Below, piece by piece: positions 29,810-38,469 of a DNA stretch of 43,002 bases. Each line of letters opens with the position of its first letter. Position 1 is the first letter of the stretch. The notes below the pieces were generated by a model. That model was not told the origin of the DNA. It was given only the letters and a program-made list of their open reading frames with translations, and searched no databases. Origin of the DNA: a virus (taxonomy: Duplodnaviria > Heunggongvirae > Uroviricota > Caudoviricetes); the IMG/VR virus record IMGVR_UViG_2565956721_000005. The stretch is one strand, 5' to 3'. A program made the position numbers and the translations under genes.

Positions 29810-29821
29810 CAGTCACCTCTT

Positions 29822-30868
29822 TTACCCAAGCACGCCAGTTGCAAAGGCGTGATCAAGAAAACGAAAAATTAAATCAACCTGAGAACCATGCTTTTCTTCG
29901 AACGCCAGAGGATCCGCATGAAGCTCGTTGTGATGCTCCCGACACAGCGGTAGCGTGAAAATATCGTGAGATTTTGTCCCCATTCCGCCCTGACCATGAC
30001 CAATCAGGTGATGGGGATCGTCGGCTGGCTTACCACAACACGCACACGGCTGTGTCTTCACCCAGCGTGTGTATTTCTCGTTAACCCAGCGGCGACGTTT
30101 AGGTCGTTTCATGAAAGATTCCGGAGACTCAGGATCAACGGCAATGCTGACCACCGTCTCTTCCTGTGGCGGGTTTTGCTGGTGGGCGTGAGGCAGCGGC
30201 GCAAGATTTTTTGTGCGCTGCTTCAGTATGCTGGTGGCGGTCTGCTCTCCCGGTACGATGTCGCTTTCACGGTACATTGAGCGGATTTTTTCCGCACGCA
30301 ACCCCAGCGAACGACGTAATACCGCTTCCGGTAGCGCGTCCGCCACCTGATTGCGGACCGCCCACCAGGATAATTCAGCCAGAGATAATTCACGCTCCTG
30401 CGTACCGCTTATTGCGTGACCGATGACGTCAATCATCCATGCTGACAGGTTTTGATGAGCAAGTTGCTCGAGTGATTCGGATGTCTGGTCACGCAGCTGG
30501 TTGTCGCAGTGCCAGCACAACACCATTGCGCCGGTACCATAACGGTGAATGACGGTTTCGCTGTGATGATAATCGCCGTGTGGCCACTGGCAGGATTTAA
30601 TATGGCGCAACAGCCAGTCAGACAATGCACCAGCACCACCAGCAGCACGAATCACCCGTGCGTTACTGAAAAACGGCAGCAATGTTTTGTCTTCCACCAG
30701 CGGCTGGCGAACGGCAGGAACGACCCCGGACGGCAGATTACGCATGCTTTTCGGTTCCGGCTCCACCAATACCCGGGTATTGTGGAATACCGGCATGGAT
30801 TCACGGCCCGGCTTAACGATCACCAGCCCGAGTTCCGGTACCAGAACAGGTCGAAGTAATACCCGCAC
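29822..30868 (-). CDS. DUF968-family protein (YdfU-like, HNH-like C-terminus)
   Basis: 348 aa; C-terminal CACCGKPADDPHHLIGHGQGGMGTKSHDIFTLPLCREHHNELHA. Confidence 0.7.
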   Translation of the reverse strand: MRVLLRPVLVPELGLVIVKPGRESMPVFHNTRVLVEPEPKSMRNLPSGVVPAVRQPLVEDKTLLPFFSNARVIRAAGGAGALSDWLLRHIKSCQWPHGDYHHSETVIHRYGTGAMVLCWHCDNQLRDQTSESLEQLAHQNLSAWMIDVIGHAISGTQERELSLAELSWWAVRNQVADALPEAVLRRSLGLRAEKIRSMYRESDIVPGEQTATSILKQRTKNLAPLPHAHQQNPPQEETVVSIAVDPESPESFMKRPKRRRWVNEKYTRWVKTQPCACCGKPADDPHHLIGHGQGGMGTKSHDIFTLPLCREHHNELHADPLAFEEKHGSQVDLIFRFLDHAFATGVLG

Positions 30869-30869
30869 G

Positions 30870-31148
30870 TTACCTCCAGATGCGTTGCTGGAATGTGCGG
30901 GACGGACGCGGTGGGCGTTCAGAGTAAGGAAGCCTGACGGAGATTATCCAGTGACGATAATCGAGGCTGAGGGCTTTCTTAATCTCGTATCCGTGTCTGC
31001 GGTAGCACTGAATTAGCCACTCGGCCTGTTCTTCAGTGCATGGGGGATGCTGGAACCAGTCAGATTTGAAAGTGCGGGAACGCCGCCCGTGCCTGCTGGC
31101 AAAGACGGCAGAATCATCAGAATTGTGTAATTTGGTATCGTGCGCCAT
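30870..31148 (-). CDS. small protein, Rem-like by position (start uncertain; ORF track start at 31277 is GTG)
   Basis: ORF ending 1 nt before the DUF968 ATG; internal ATG MAHDTKLHNSDDSAVF...; weak RBS. Confidence 0.4.
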   Translation of the reverse strand: MAHDTKLHNSDDSAVFASRHGRRSRTFKSDWFQHPPCTEEQAEWLIQCYRRHGYEIKKALSLDYRHWIISVRLPYSERPPRPSRTFQQRIWR

Positions 31149-31315
31149 CGGTTGTCTCTGCTGGCGCAGCAGGTGCCAGTTGTTCAGGCTGGCGTGCGAA
31201 TTGTAAACCAGAATGCCAGGAAAAAACAAAACCCGCCGAAGCGGGTTACGTGCGGGTGCGTTGAGGATGCCTGACACATCAGAGGTGGCGAGGGATTTCT
31301 CCCTCGCCGGGTCTC

Positions 31316-31471
31316 TTACTCCTCAGGTTCGTAAACTGTGAAGACAGCGACCTCCGTCTGGCCGGTTCGGATTCGTACCTCGCAGAGGTCTTTCCTCGTT
31401 ACCAGTGCCGTCACTATGACGGTTAAACAGATGACGATCAGGGCGATTAACATCGCCTTTTGCTGCTTCAT
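31316..31471 (-). CDS. hokD: Hok-family type I toxin (HokD/RelF-like)
   Basis: 51 aa MKQQKAMLIALIVICLTVIVTALVTRKDLCEVRIRTGQTEVAVFTVYEPEE; hairpins at the mRNA 3' end and in the upstream leader as in hok loci. Confidence 0.9.
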   Translation of the reverse strand: MKQQKAMLIALIVICLTVIVTALVTRKDLCEVRIRTGQTEVAVFTVYEPEE

Positions 31472-31686
31472 AGCCTGCTTCTCCTTGCCTTTCGGCACGT
31501 AAGAGGCTAACCTAGATTTGCCGTTCATAGATTGAGCCTCAGATTAATGTTAAGCGTCTTGCAGGACGCGTAATATTAACTGGGGCTTTTCTCTATCTGC
31601 CTTTGGTGTTCATGCCTGAGGCAGATAGCCTCAAGCACCCGCAGCAATTCTACTTAACTCCCGTCACCTCGCCAATATAAAATCAA

Positions 31687-31977
31687 TCAGAAAGGCGATC
31701 CATAAGAACAACAGCAAGACAATAAATTGCCATTACAGCCGCAATAGCTAGCGCACATTTGAGAACCAGCACGACAACCTCCTGTATTGGACGTACACCA
31801 GTTCTGATAAATATGAGGCTGTCTCATCATTGATTCAATATAACTATTGGGTATAGTTTCTGTGATTTTGTTCTGTAGAAATGGAACACAACAACCAGTC
31901 ACCACCAGCACTTCTTTAAATACGCCAAGTCCGACGCAAGCTAACCTTCTAGTCCGCTTTGAGCGATCTGCAGACAT
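31687..31977 (-). CDS. hypothetical Cys-rich 96-aa ORF at the distal end of the AT-rich cargo (may be non-coding)
   Basis: ATG with GAAGG RBS; C-terminus ...WCTSNTGGCRAGSQMCASYCGCNGNLLSCCCSYGSPF. Confidence 0.3.
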   Translation of the reverse strand: MSADRSKRTRRLACVGLGVFKEVLVVTGCCVPFLQNKITETIPNSYIESMMRQPHIYQNWCTSNTGGCRAGSQMCASYCGCNGNLLSCCCSYGSPF

Positions 31978-32088
31978 TGCTAGCAGCCTTCTGTGTGAAT
32001 TCTCAGGGAGCAGGTCGGCATAGCATCACGTTGAGGCTCTTACCCTACTTGTTGACACCAACCCTAACTCCACAGACTGATTCATAAA

Positions 32089-33090
32089 TTAGTAATCTGC
32101 GTGTTTCGCACTTTTCAGAAATGCTTTCATATTTTCATTAGGTCGCTCAATTTCGAAGTTACTTCCATATAACTCTTGTAATTTTGGCCATAACTTACTT
32201 AATAACCCTCTCCTGCGATAAAATGGATGTATCCAAACGGTAGATAGGTACGGAGAATTTGCATTTGAATTGTTTATTGTGACCAGCCCAACTAAACATT
32301 GTCGATAACCACTATTATCCATTGATTGTATTTCTTCGACGAATGGATACGCGATTACATCAGTCCAACCATGATCGGTTGTATCCCATTGCATTCCGTC
32401 ATGACATTCCTTCGACTGATAGCGGCGTAAAGCTACACACGCGAGCTTTTGCCAATCTGGAGAATTAATTGTGATCTCTTCATCGTATGACGCGCCTATT
32501 GGAGCGGGTATTGGTCTGATTAATCCAGCATGGCATTCATCATAGAACTTCATGTTTCCCTCAGAAACGTTGTGTACGTTGGGTTGCTCCATGTGTGCGC
32601 CATTCAAAAATAGCTCTGATAGTAGTGTATCTACACTGTAATCTTTATTGATTATTGTCGGCTTAGAGTTTTTCTTATTAAGGCCGCGAGTAACGATTTT
32701 TTGATCAATGTTAACAACATGGAATAATCCGTCGGGGAGGCTAGCGAACCACGATGGGGCATCGGACCAGAATAGCATGCCTTTTGTACTTCTTAAGAGT
32801 TTAATTAAGTTAATACAAGCTTCTTCACTAGTCTTGCCGTTGATGCGAAGTATGTTAGGACTAAAGTAATATTCATCCATATCAGGGAATGCAGCTTCGC
32901 AAAACTCCTGTACATAATTTAGCACCTGGATTCTACAGAGATCATCATAGCTGGTAATAACTAAGGGGGTATCTTCATTACTATTATGATTATCAATAAT
33001 GCAATCTATAGCGAGACTTACTGCTTTGCGTATCACTTCAGTTGAATCTAACGACTCTAAAAATTTTGTCTTTCGTGTGCGAATATCCAT
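32089..33090 (-). CDS. cargo protein B (333 aa), unknown function; possible GNAT-like motif at the C-terminus
   Basis: AT-rich ORF 15 nt after gene A; C-terminal ...CLVGLVTIN...VWIHPFYRRRGLLSKLW... resembles a GNAT acetyl-CoA-binding core (weak). Confidence 0.75.
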   Translation of the reverse strand: MDIRTRKTKFLESLDSTEVIRKAVSLAIDCIIDNHNSNEDTPLVITSYDDLCRIQVLNYVQEFCEAAFPDMDEYYFSPNILRINGKTSEEACINLIKLLRSTKGMLFWSDAPSWFASLPDGLFHVVNIDQKIVTRGLNKKNSKPTIINKDYSVDTLLSELFLNGAHMEQPNVHNVSEGNMKFYDECHAGLIRPIPAPIGASYDEEITINSPDWQKLACVALRRYQSKECHDGMQWDTTDHGWTDVIAYPFVEEIQSMDNSGYRQCLVGLVTINNSNANSPYLSTVWIHPFYRRRGLLSKLWPKLQELYGSNFEIERPNENMKAFLKSAKHADY

Positions 33091-33105
33091 GTATGACCTG
33101 CGCTA

Positions 33106-34128
33106 TTAAAATTCATGAATGAACGGTTTGTCATCTGGTTGCAAAATGGTGGTTTTATTCGTTGCTACATTTAAACTGTTGTAGAGCATAATTGCCAGGT
33201 TCGATGCATTTTCAATCAGCGTTTCAAGATCCTGGTCTGTAATCACTACGAGGTTCCCTTCTTTATCCTTTCCACCACGATGCACTAAGTGATTTCGATT
33301 GAGGGTTGCCAATTCAATAGCTTCTATCGGACAGTCTTTTTGTACTTTTATATCGAATGTAGCTTCATAGCGGTCGATTACCTTTTTAGTGCTATGCCAG
33401 CTTGCACTGATCAAGTGTTCCTTGATTGACCTGATTAGCTCTCCCCTAATTTTCTCGATGGGTTCACCCTTGAAAGGCAACGCAGCAATATCTTTGCTTA
33501 CTTTAAATTCAGTCTTACCTTTTTCTATACAATTGGCTATGTAGACATCATCTTTCTCTATAGAATTAATGAATAGCTCAACATAAAGCGTTTCCAAAGC
33601 TGTAATAACATTCGTGTAGAGCAAACTAAGCAAGTGGTTTTTTTGCTGTTGTTCAGTTTTATCTTTTGCAAGTTTTTTTATTTTATCGATATTATCAATG
33701 AATTTTAAATACGGATTACCGGAAGACGTTACAGCGTCGTAGATATCATCATCGTACCAATCATCTATATTATTTGAGTTTCCAGACCAGTCAAAACATT
33801 GTGTTTGTAATTCATCTACTAATTCCTCAATATACTCAGATTTAACATATTGACCGAAGATGGATTGTAGTTCTTCGCTCGCATCATACGGCCCGCCATA
33901 TATGTAAGCATAGCCACCTTCTCTACTTTCATACGGACAAGCATTTGCCGGATCTTCAAAGTTTTCAAAGAACCAGTTTTTCATTACTTCGAGTTGATCT
34001 TTTTTGCTTATGTATTTTAAAGATTTTAGTGGAACTTTCTTTCCATTAACCTCGAAAACAATTTTCACGATGTAACGCTCCCTTGTATCAATTGCGCAAC
34101 TATTATACCACAGCGAAATACAGGGCAT
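33106..34128 (-). CDS. cargo protein A (340 aa from ATG at 34128), unknown function; single Rx4H motif (RNHLVH) near the C-terminus
   Basis: AT-rich ORF; strong RBS TTTAAGGAGGCAGGTT before the ATG; ORF track start 34218 is an upstream GTG extension. Confidence 0.75.
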   Translation of the reverse strand: MPCISLWYNSCAIDTRERYIVKIVFEVNGKKVPLKSLKYISKKDQLEVMKNWFFENFEDPANACPYESREGGYAYIYGGPYDASEELQSIFGQYVKSEYIEELVDELQTQCFDWSGNSNNIDDWYDDDIYDAVTSSGNPYLKFIDNIDKIKKLAKDKTEQQQKNHLLSLLYTNVITALETLYVELFINSIEKDDVYIANCIEKGKTEFKVSKDIAALPFKGEPIEKIRGELIRSIKEHLISASWHSTKKVIDRYEATFDIKVQKDCPIEAIELATLNRNHLVHRGGKDKEGNLVVITDQDLETLIENASNLAIMLYNSLNVATNKTTILQPDDKPFIHEF

Positions 34129-34167
34129 AACCTGCCTCCTTAAACTAACATACCATGAGCCAGCAAT

Positions 34168-34191
34168 GTCCGCTATTGGCACAAAGCGGAC
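34168..34191. promoter_or_regulatory. palindrome GTCCGCT-N10-AGCGGAC upstream of the cargo operon (candidate operator)
   Basis: Perfect 7-bp inverted repeat between the 140-aa gene stop and the cargo gene A RBS. Confidence 0.3.
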
Positions 34192-34259
34192 AACCACGCT
34201 AGCTCTACCCTGTGCCACAAAATGTCAATTTGCATCTGAACTAATGCACTTTAATCTCG

Positions 34260-34682
34260 TCACTTCAATAAATACCGAACATCACCCTGATAAAACGACA
34301 ATATGCGCTGCATAACTTCACTCTTCCGGCACTCGCGACAGATTATGTTCTGACGCCTGTCGTAGCGACGTATTTCTCCGTCAGGTAATGACCAGATAAG
34401 GTCCGGATCAACCGCAGATGGTTTCTTCAGCTTTGCCCTTGAGAGCTTTTTACGGGCATTTTGCCAGTCCTTACGCGCCTGTTCAGACGGGAATAACCCG
34501 TAACCAGAGTTGCATACATCGCCGCTGGCAACCAGCTCTCTTGCGAGAACGCTCATCAGATATCTTGTCGCACCTGTCTTGACTTCCAGTTGCCGTAACG
34601 TCTCACGCCCACTCTGGCGTACGAGTTCAACAACCTGTCCTTTAATTTTTTCCCGCTCTTCTTGTGTAAAAACTTTTGCCAC
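34260..34682 (-). CDS. hypothetical 140-aa protein with a possible HTH and CxxC pair
   Basis: GC-normal ORF between the replication gene and the cargo operon; ...RETLRQLEVKTGATRYLMSVLARELV... ...CRECRK... Confidence 0.5.
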   Translation of the reverse strand: MAKVFTQEEREKIKGQVVELVRQSGRETLRQLEVKTGATRYLMSVLARELVASGDVCNSGYGLFPSEQARKDWQNARKKLSRAKLKKPSAVDPDLIWSLPDGEIRRYDRRQNIICRECRKSEVMQRILSFYQGDVRYLLK

Positions 34683-34722
34683 AAGCCCTCCTGAAAATTA
34701 CCTCATGACCAGAAATTAACAC

Positions 34723-35799
34723 TTACCCCCTGAAGCCCGGCGGAATTTCGTTATCCGGTTCAGAAATATGATTCACACAACGCTGGTTGTTCGTGCCGCT
34801 TACCGGGAGCAACCAGGGGTTCTCAAAATTCCGGTCCGGTCCAAAAAACGTCGTCGCTCGCTGAACAAATTCCGTTCCCGTTTTCCCGGTAGCCGCCAAG
34901 TATCTTGCGTAACGCCTCACGCCATCCAGCATGGCCTCTGGTGGCACCCCCTCGCGTAATCTGGCCTTCCAGGCACTGAAAGCGGATTTCTTCGGGTTTG
35001 CCCCAGCACGCAACGGGTACTCCCGCCAGACCTGTTCGAACACATCCGGATAATCCACTCGTCCCACAGACTGCCCGGTGTTTTCCGGGACTACCCGATC
35101 GGCTTCCCGCTGAATGGCGGAATCGGCTTCGGGCTGCTGCAGTTGGTGTGATTGCTCCGGCCTTGCGGTCATCACCTGCTGCACAGCGCCCGAATCGGCT
35201 TTCAGCGCATACGCTGAATCGGCTTCCGGTGTCGTGCCTGCTGGCTGACCAAGATTGACGGTCTGAACATCCCCTGCCTGGTTCGTGGCGTTTTTTACGC
35301 CATGGACCATAGTGTTTTGATCTTCTTGATCTGTATCTTTATCTGTATCTTTATCTGTCGTGACTCGTCGTGACATGTGCGTGACATTTCGTGACGCGCC
35401 GTGACAATCGCCATTTTGTTCCCGCTTTCTTTCCCTCTCTCGCTGCGCCCTCTTGCGCTCTGCAGGAGATTTTGCGGTTTGCGAAATATTGCCGTTGTCC
35501 TCTTTAAGCACCTGGCGTTTTTCCCATCCAGTGATTAAATCACCATCAAGTACCCGCCCCTGCATCGTCTGCAAAATTGAATCAATTACCTCTTCTGTCA
35601 CGTCGAGCGCACTTGCCAAATCTTCTGTCGTGACATCAATGTGACCTCGCGTGACATTTCGTGACGCGCTCACCAGGAGGTGGATATACACTGCCATCAC
35701 TGTTGCAATTGGCTGCCCTGACACCCTGGCAATTGTTCGCCACTTAGGGTCATTTGGCATGTCATGCCATAATCTGAGCCAGGCGTTAGCCATACTCAC
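34723..35799 (-). CDS. replication initiation protein (O-like) with iteron-type repeats embedded in the coding region
   Basis: 358 aa; position after cro/cII analogues; internal CGTGACA-type repeats. Confidence 0.6.
   Translation of the reverse strand: MSMANAWLRLWHDMPNDPKWRTIARVSGQPIATVMAVYIHLLVSASRNVTRGHIDVTTEDLASALDVTEEVIDSILQTMQGRVLDGDLITGWEKRQVLKEDNGNISQTAKSPAERKRAQRERERKREQNGDCHGASRNVTHMSRRVTTDKDTDKDTDQEDQNTMVHGVKNATNQAGDVQTVNLGQPAGTTPEADSAYALKADSGAVQQVMTARPEQSHQLQQPEADSAIQREADRVVPENTGQSVGRVDYPDVFEQVWREYPLRAGANPKKSAFSAWKARLREGVPPEAMLDGVRRYARYLAATGKTGTEFVQRATTFFGPDRNFENPWLLPVSGTNNQRCVNHISEPDNEIPPGFRG
35280..35420. repeat. iteron-like repeats (CGTGAC core, at least 6 copies) inside the replication gene; second cluster at 35590-35660
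   Basis: tcgtgactcgtcgtgacatgtgcgtgacatttcgtgacgcgccgtgacaatcgcc; also tandem gatctgtatctttatctgtatctttatctg. Confidence 0.7.
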
Positions 35800-35864
35800 C
35801 TCTTCTGATACCGAATCTTTTTACTCACGAGTTGCCGGAAGCGATTCGATATGGCTATTGTCAG

Positions 35865-36290
35865 TCAATGTACTGCCACAGCATTTCCTGCCGGGCCACC
35901 ACGGTTCATCTGATTGAAACCGGCGATTGCCACTGCGACAAAATCATCAGCGTCTCTCACCAATCGCTCCCGCGTCTCCACCAGCTCCCGAAAATAAGCT
36001 GAACTGTGGCTGCGCATTCTGGCCACCAGCAAAGGTGGCATTGCCTTTTCGATCGCTGGTAACAACGCCTGAATTTTTTCAACTGCATCAGGGGTGTCTT
36101 TCTCTACCCAGCGGAAAATTTTCTGGGTATTGCGAGCCAGGGCTTCCGGATGGCTGTCGTCATACAGTTCAGGAAACGTCATACCCAACTCAAAATAAGC
36201 CTGGGTTATTCCAGCTGCCGGAACTTTTTCGCCATCAGGACGCGCCCAGGCATTCATCGCCATGCGGATGTGTTCATGCTTGATTTTCAT
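35865..36290 (-). CDS. CII-like regulatory protein (YdaT/CP76-type; start placed at MKIKHEH)
   Basis: Position directly downstream of the cro-like gene; about 141 aa. Confidence 0.5.
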   Translation of the reverse strand: MKIKHEHIRMAMNAWARPDGEKVPAAGITQAYFELGMTFPELYDDSHPEALARNTQKIFRWVEKDTPDAVEKIQALLPAIEKAMPPLLVARMRSHSSAYFRELVETRERLVRDADDFVAVAIAGFNQMNRGGPAGNAVAVH

Positions 36291-36516
36291 GAATCCCCCC
36301 TTGGTTAGAAGGCGGATTATGATCAGAACCGGGAATGACAACCGTCGGTATGTGTAACTCATATTTGAGCGCCCCGGCAGTGACTGCCTGAATTAGCAAC
36401 GCCCATTTCCACGGAACCTCTTCCCCCCACATGCTGACTGTGGTTTTTGACGTTCCTAGAGCTGCGGCTGTTTTAACAACTCCGCCAAAATAGCCTAATA
36501 CTTCTGATTTTTTCAT
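36274..36516 (-). CDS. Cro-like HTH regulator (YdaS/DicC-type)
   Basis: 80 aa MKKSEVLGYFGGVVKTAAALGTSKTTVSMWGE...; GGAG RBS; divergent from the repressor gene. Confidence 0.65.
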   Translation of the reverse strand: MKKSEVLGYFGGVVKTAAALGTSKTTVSMWGEEVPWKWALLIQAVTAGALKYELHIPTVVIPGSDHNPPSNQGGIHENQA

Positions 36517-36547
36517 GAGTCGCTCCATAAAACTGAACGCCAAAAGT

Positions 36548-36606
36548 TTAATAATCAAAACCAAAGAAAGTCAAGAAACAAAACCATCTGTGTTTTAAAA
36601 TCAAAA
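36548..36606. promoter_or_regulatory. immunity-region operators (two 16-bp palindromes GTTTAATAATCAAAAC and GTTTTAAAATCAAAAC) with divergent promoters
   Basis: Palindromes flank TTGACT (minus strand, cro side); the repressor ATG at 36608 has no SD and sits about 7 nt after TAAAAT, suggesting a leaderless transcript. Confidence 0.55.
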
Positions 36607-36607
36607 C

Positions 36608-37246
36608 ATGAACAAGCAAACAATATCTGAACGCATAACCCAACGTATGCATGCGCTAAACCTGAAAGGCAAAGACCTTGTCAATGCCACTGGCGCATCA
36701 AAAGGCTCCGTAAGTCAATGGATGAACGGTGGAGGAGCGCCGTCCTCGCGTTACATAAGTTCACTGGCAAAAATATTGAAAGTAAACGAAAATTGGCTTC
36801 TTAATGGAGGAGAGTTAAATACAGGTGATTCGCTTGATCTATCTTTACCGCCGATAAAAACGGTTCCGCTACTATCACTTCAGCAGGCAGCAAGCTGGAG
36901 TGATTATATGAAAAATTCCTCAATAACCTCTTGTGTGCAGCTTGTCGGAGAAATCCCGGCCAATACCTTTGCAGTTGTTCTAGAGAGTGACAGTATGTCA
37001 ACATCTGGTGGGGGAGTTTCCATCCCAAATGGTTCAACAGTTTTTGTTGATCCCGATCGAACCGTACAACCAGGAAATATTGTCCTTGCCTTACCCAAAG
37101 GGACCACAACACCTGTCATTCGTAAACTGGAGATAGAAGGGCCGGATATTCTTTTAGTCCCCACGAATCCTCGCTACCCTTCAATTATGCTGGATGATCT
37201 ATCTTGCATATTGGGCGTATGCTTTAAAATTCAACAAAATATTTAA
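36608..37246 (+). CDS. CI-like repressor (N-terminal HTH, C-terminal S24/LexA-like peptidase domain)
   Basis: 212 aa; HTH ...LKGKDLVNATGASKGSVSQWMNG...; C-terminal ...ESDSM... region typical of S24 autopeptidases. Confidence 0.8.
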   Translation: MNKQTISERITQRMHALNLKGKDLVNATGASKGSVSQWMNGGGAPSSRYISSLAKILKVNENWLLNGGELNTGDSLDLSLPPIKTVPLLSLQQAASWSDYMKNSSITSCVQLVGEIPANTFAVVLESDSMSTSGGGVSIPNGSTVFVDPDRTVQPGNIVLALPKGTTTPVIRKLEIEGPDILLVPTNPRYPSIMLDDLSCILGVCFKIQQNI

Positions 37247-37330
37247 CCGACCTCATCTATTTGATTAACTGTATGCCATCGTGGTGATGGCTTAACAGCT
37301 GCCTGCTTAAAATGTTTTGATAAAAAAACA

Positions 37331-37359
37331 TTGACCTGAAAAGTTCATTTTTCTAAACT
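37331..37359 (+). promoter_or_regulatory. sigma70 promoter candidate for the ydfABC-dicF-dicB operon (TTGACC-17-TAAACT)
   Basis: aacaTTGACCtgaaaagttcatttttcTAAACTtaa upstream of the ydfA-like gene. Confidence 0.5.
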
Positions 37360-37538
37360 TAATTCATTCCCTCTCCCCACCCCACAGAATGCAGGGCAAT
37401 ACTTCTAGTTACCAGGCAGTGGTCAGGGGTTAAGTAGCCAGCCCGAGGCGTAAGAACATGACGGCAGGGTTCAACTTTAATAACTATGCAGCAGGTTTTT
37501 GTTCCGCTACCCCGGCGTTAAGGGGAAATGAGGTCAAC

Positions 37539-37694
37539 ATGGATACTATCGATCTTGGCAACAACGAATCTCTGGTGTACGGCGTGTTTCCCAACCAGGA
37601 CGGCACATTCACCGCGATGACGTATACCAAAAGCAAAACGTTTAAAACCGAAAATGGTGCCCGTCGCTGGCTGAAAAGAAACTCAGGTGAGTGA
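37539..37694 (+). CDS. ydfA: YdfA-like small protein
   Basis: 51 aa MDTIDLGNNESLVYGVFPNQDGTFTAMTYTKSKTFKTENGARRWLKRNSGE; GAGG RBS. Confidence 0.7.
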   Translation: MDTIDLGNNESLVYGVFPNQDGTFTAMTYTKSKTFKTENGARRWLKRNSGE

Positions 37695-37695
37695 T

Positions 37696-37824
37696 ATGGA
37701 TTTCGACACAATCATGGAAAAGGCTTACGAAGAATACTTCGAAGGCCTTGCCGAAGGCGAAGAAGCTCTCAGCTTCAGTGAGTTTAAACAGGCGCTTTCC
37801 AGCTCGGCAAAATCTAACGGCTGA
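37696..37824 (+). CDS. ydfB: YdfB-like small protein (42 aa)
   Basis: MDFDTIMEKAYEEYFEGLAEGEEALSFSEFKQALSSSAKSNG; below the ORF-track size cutoff. Confidence 0.6.
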   Translation: MDFDTIMEKAYEEYFEGLAEGEEALSFSEFKQALSSSAKSNG

Positions 37825-37853
37825 TAAGCGAAGCAGCACCGCGAGGAATCAGT

Positions 37854-38072
37854 ATGCAGAAACGAGAACCCGTCATCATCGCGCCAGACTATACCGATGA
37901 TGAACTTTATGAGTGGATGCGCCAGAAAATTAATGCAGCGCAGGATCTGAAATGGGCCAATGAAGCCAGGGCTAAGCAGGCTGAAAATCTGTCCGCTCTG
38001 GAGCAGGATATCACCAATCTGGAAAAAGCAGCGGCATTAAGCATTGCCAGAATGATTACATACCCACGTTAA
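37854..38072 (+). CDS. ydfC: YdfC-like protein
   Basis: 72 aa; position in Qin-like operon order. Confidence 0.65.
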   Translation: MQKREPVIIAPDYTDDELYEWMRQKINAAQDLKWANEARAKQAENLSALEQDITNLEKAAALSIARMITYPR

Positions 38073-38413
38073 TAGCTAACCAACGAAGCTAAGGTTGGTA
38101 ATTAAGGAGTTCTCCACGGGTGAGGTGGAGTGCGTGCGCCGGACACGGGTGAGCATCCGGCACTGACAGTTTACTGAAAGGATATTTCCCTGAAAAGTCA
38201 GACCATAACGCGAAAGCGCACGGCGAGGTAGCTGGTTCACAGATAGCCTGTCGTTAAATTTTCGTCGACCGTGCGCTTCCGGTTGTGGCAATCCGCGAAA
38301 TGGCGCGGCGGTAAGTATGGCGGGGTTATTCCTTCCACCGTTGAGGACACCGGGTTGTCAGGTTGACCATACGCTTAAGTGACAACCCCGCTGCAACGCC
38401 CTCTGTTATCAAT

Positions 38414-38469
38414 TTTCTGGTGACGTTTGGCGGTATCAGTTTTACTCCGTGACTGCTCTGCCGCCCTTT
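38414..38469 (+). ncRNA. dicF: DicF small RNA (ftsZ-targeting sRNA of the dicB operon)
   Basis: TTTCTGGTGACGTTTGGCGGTATCAGTTTTACTCCGTGACTGCTCTGCCGCCC followed by TTTTT; matches recalled E. coli DicF. Confidence 0.85.

Noticed and set aside
29616-29816. 66-aa minus-strand ORF
   Set aside because: Nested out of frame within rusA.
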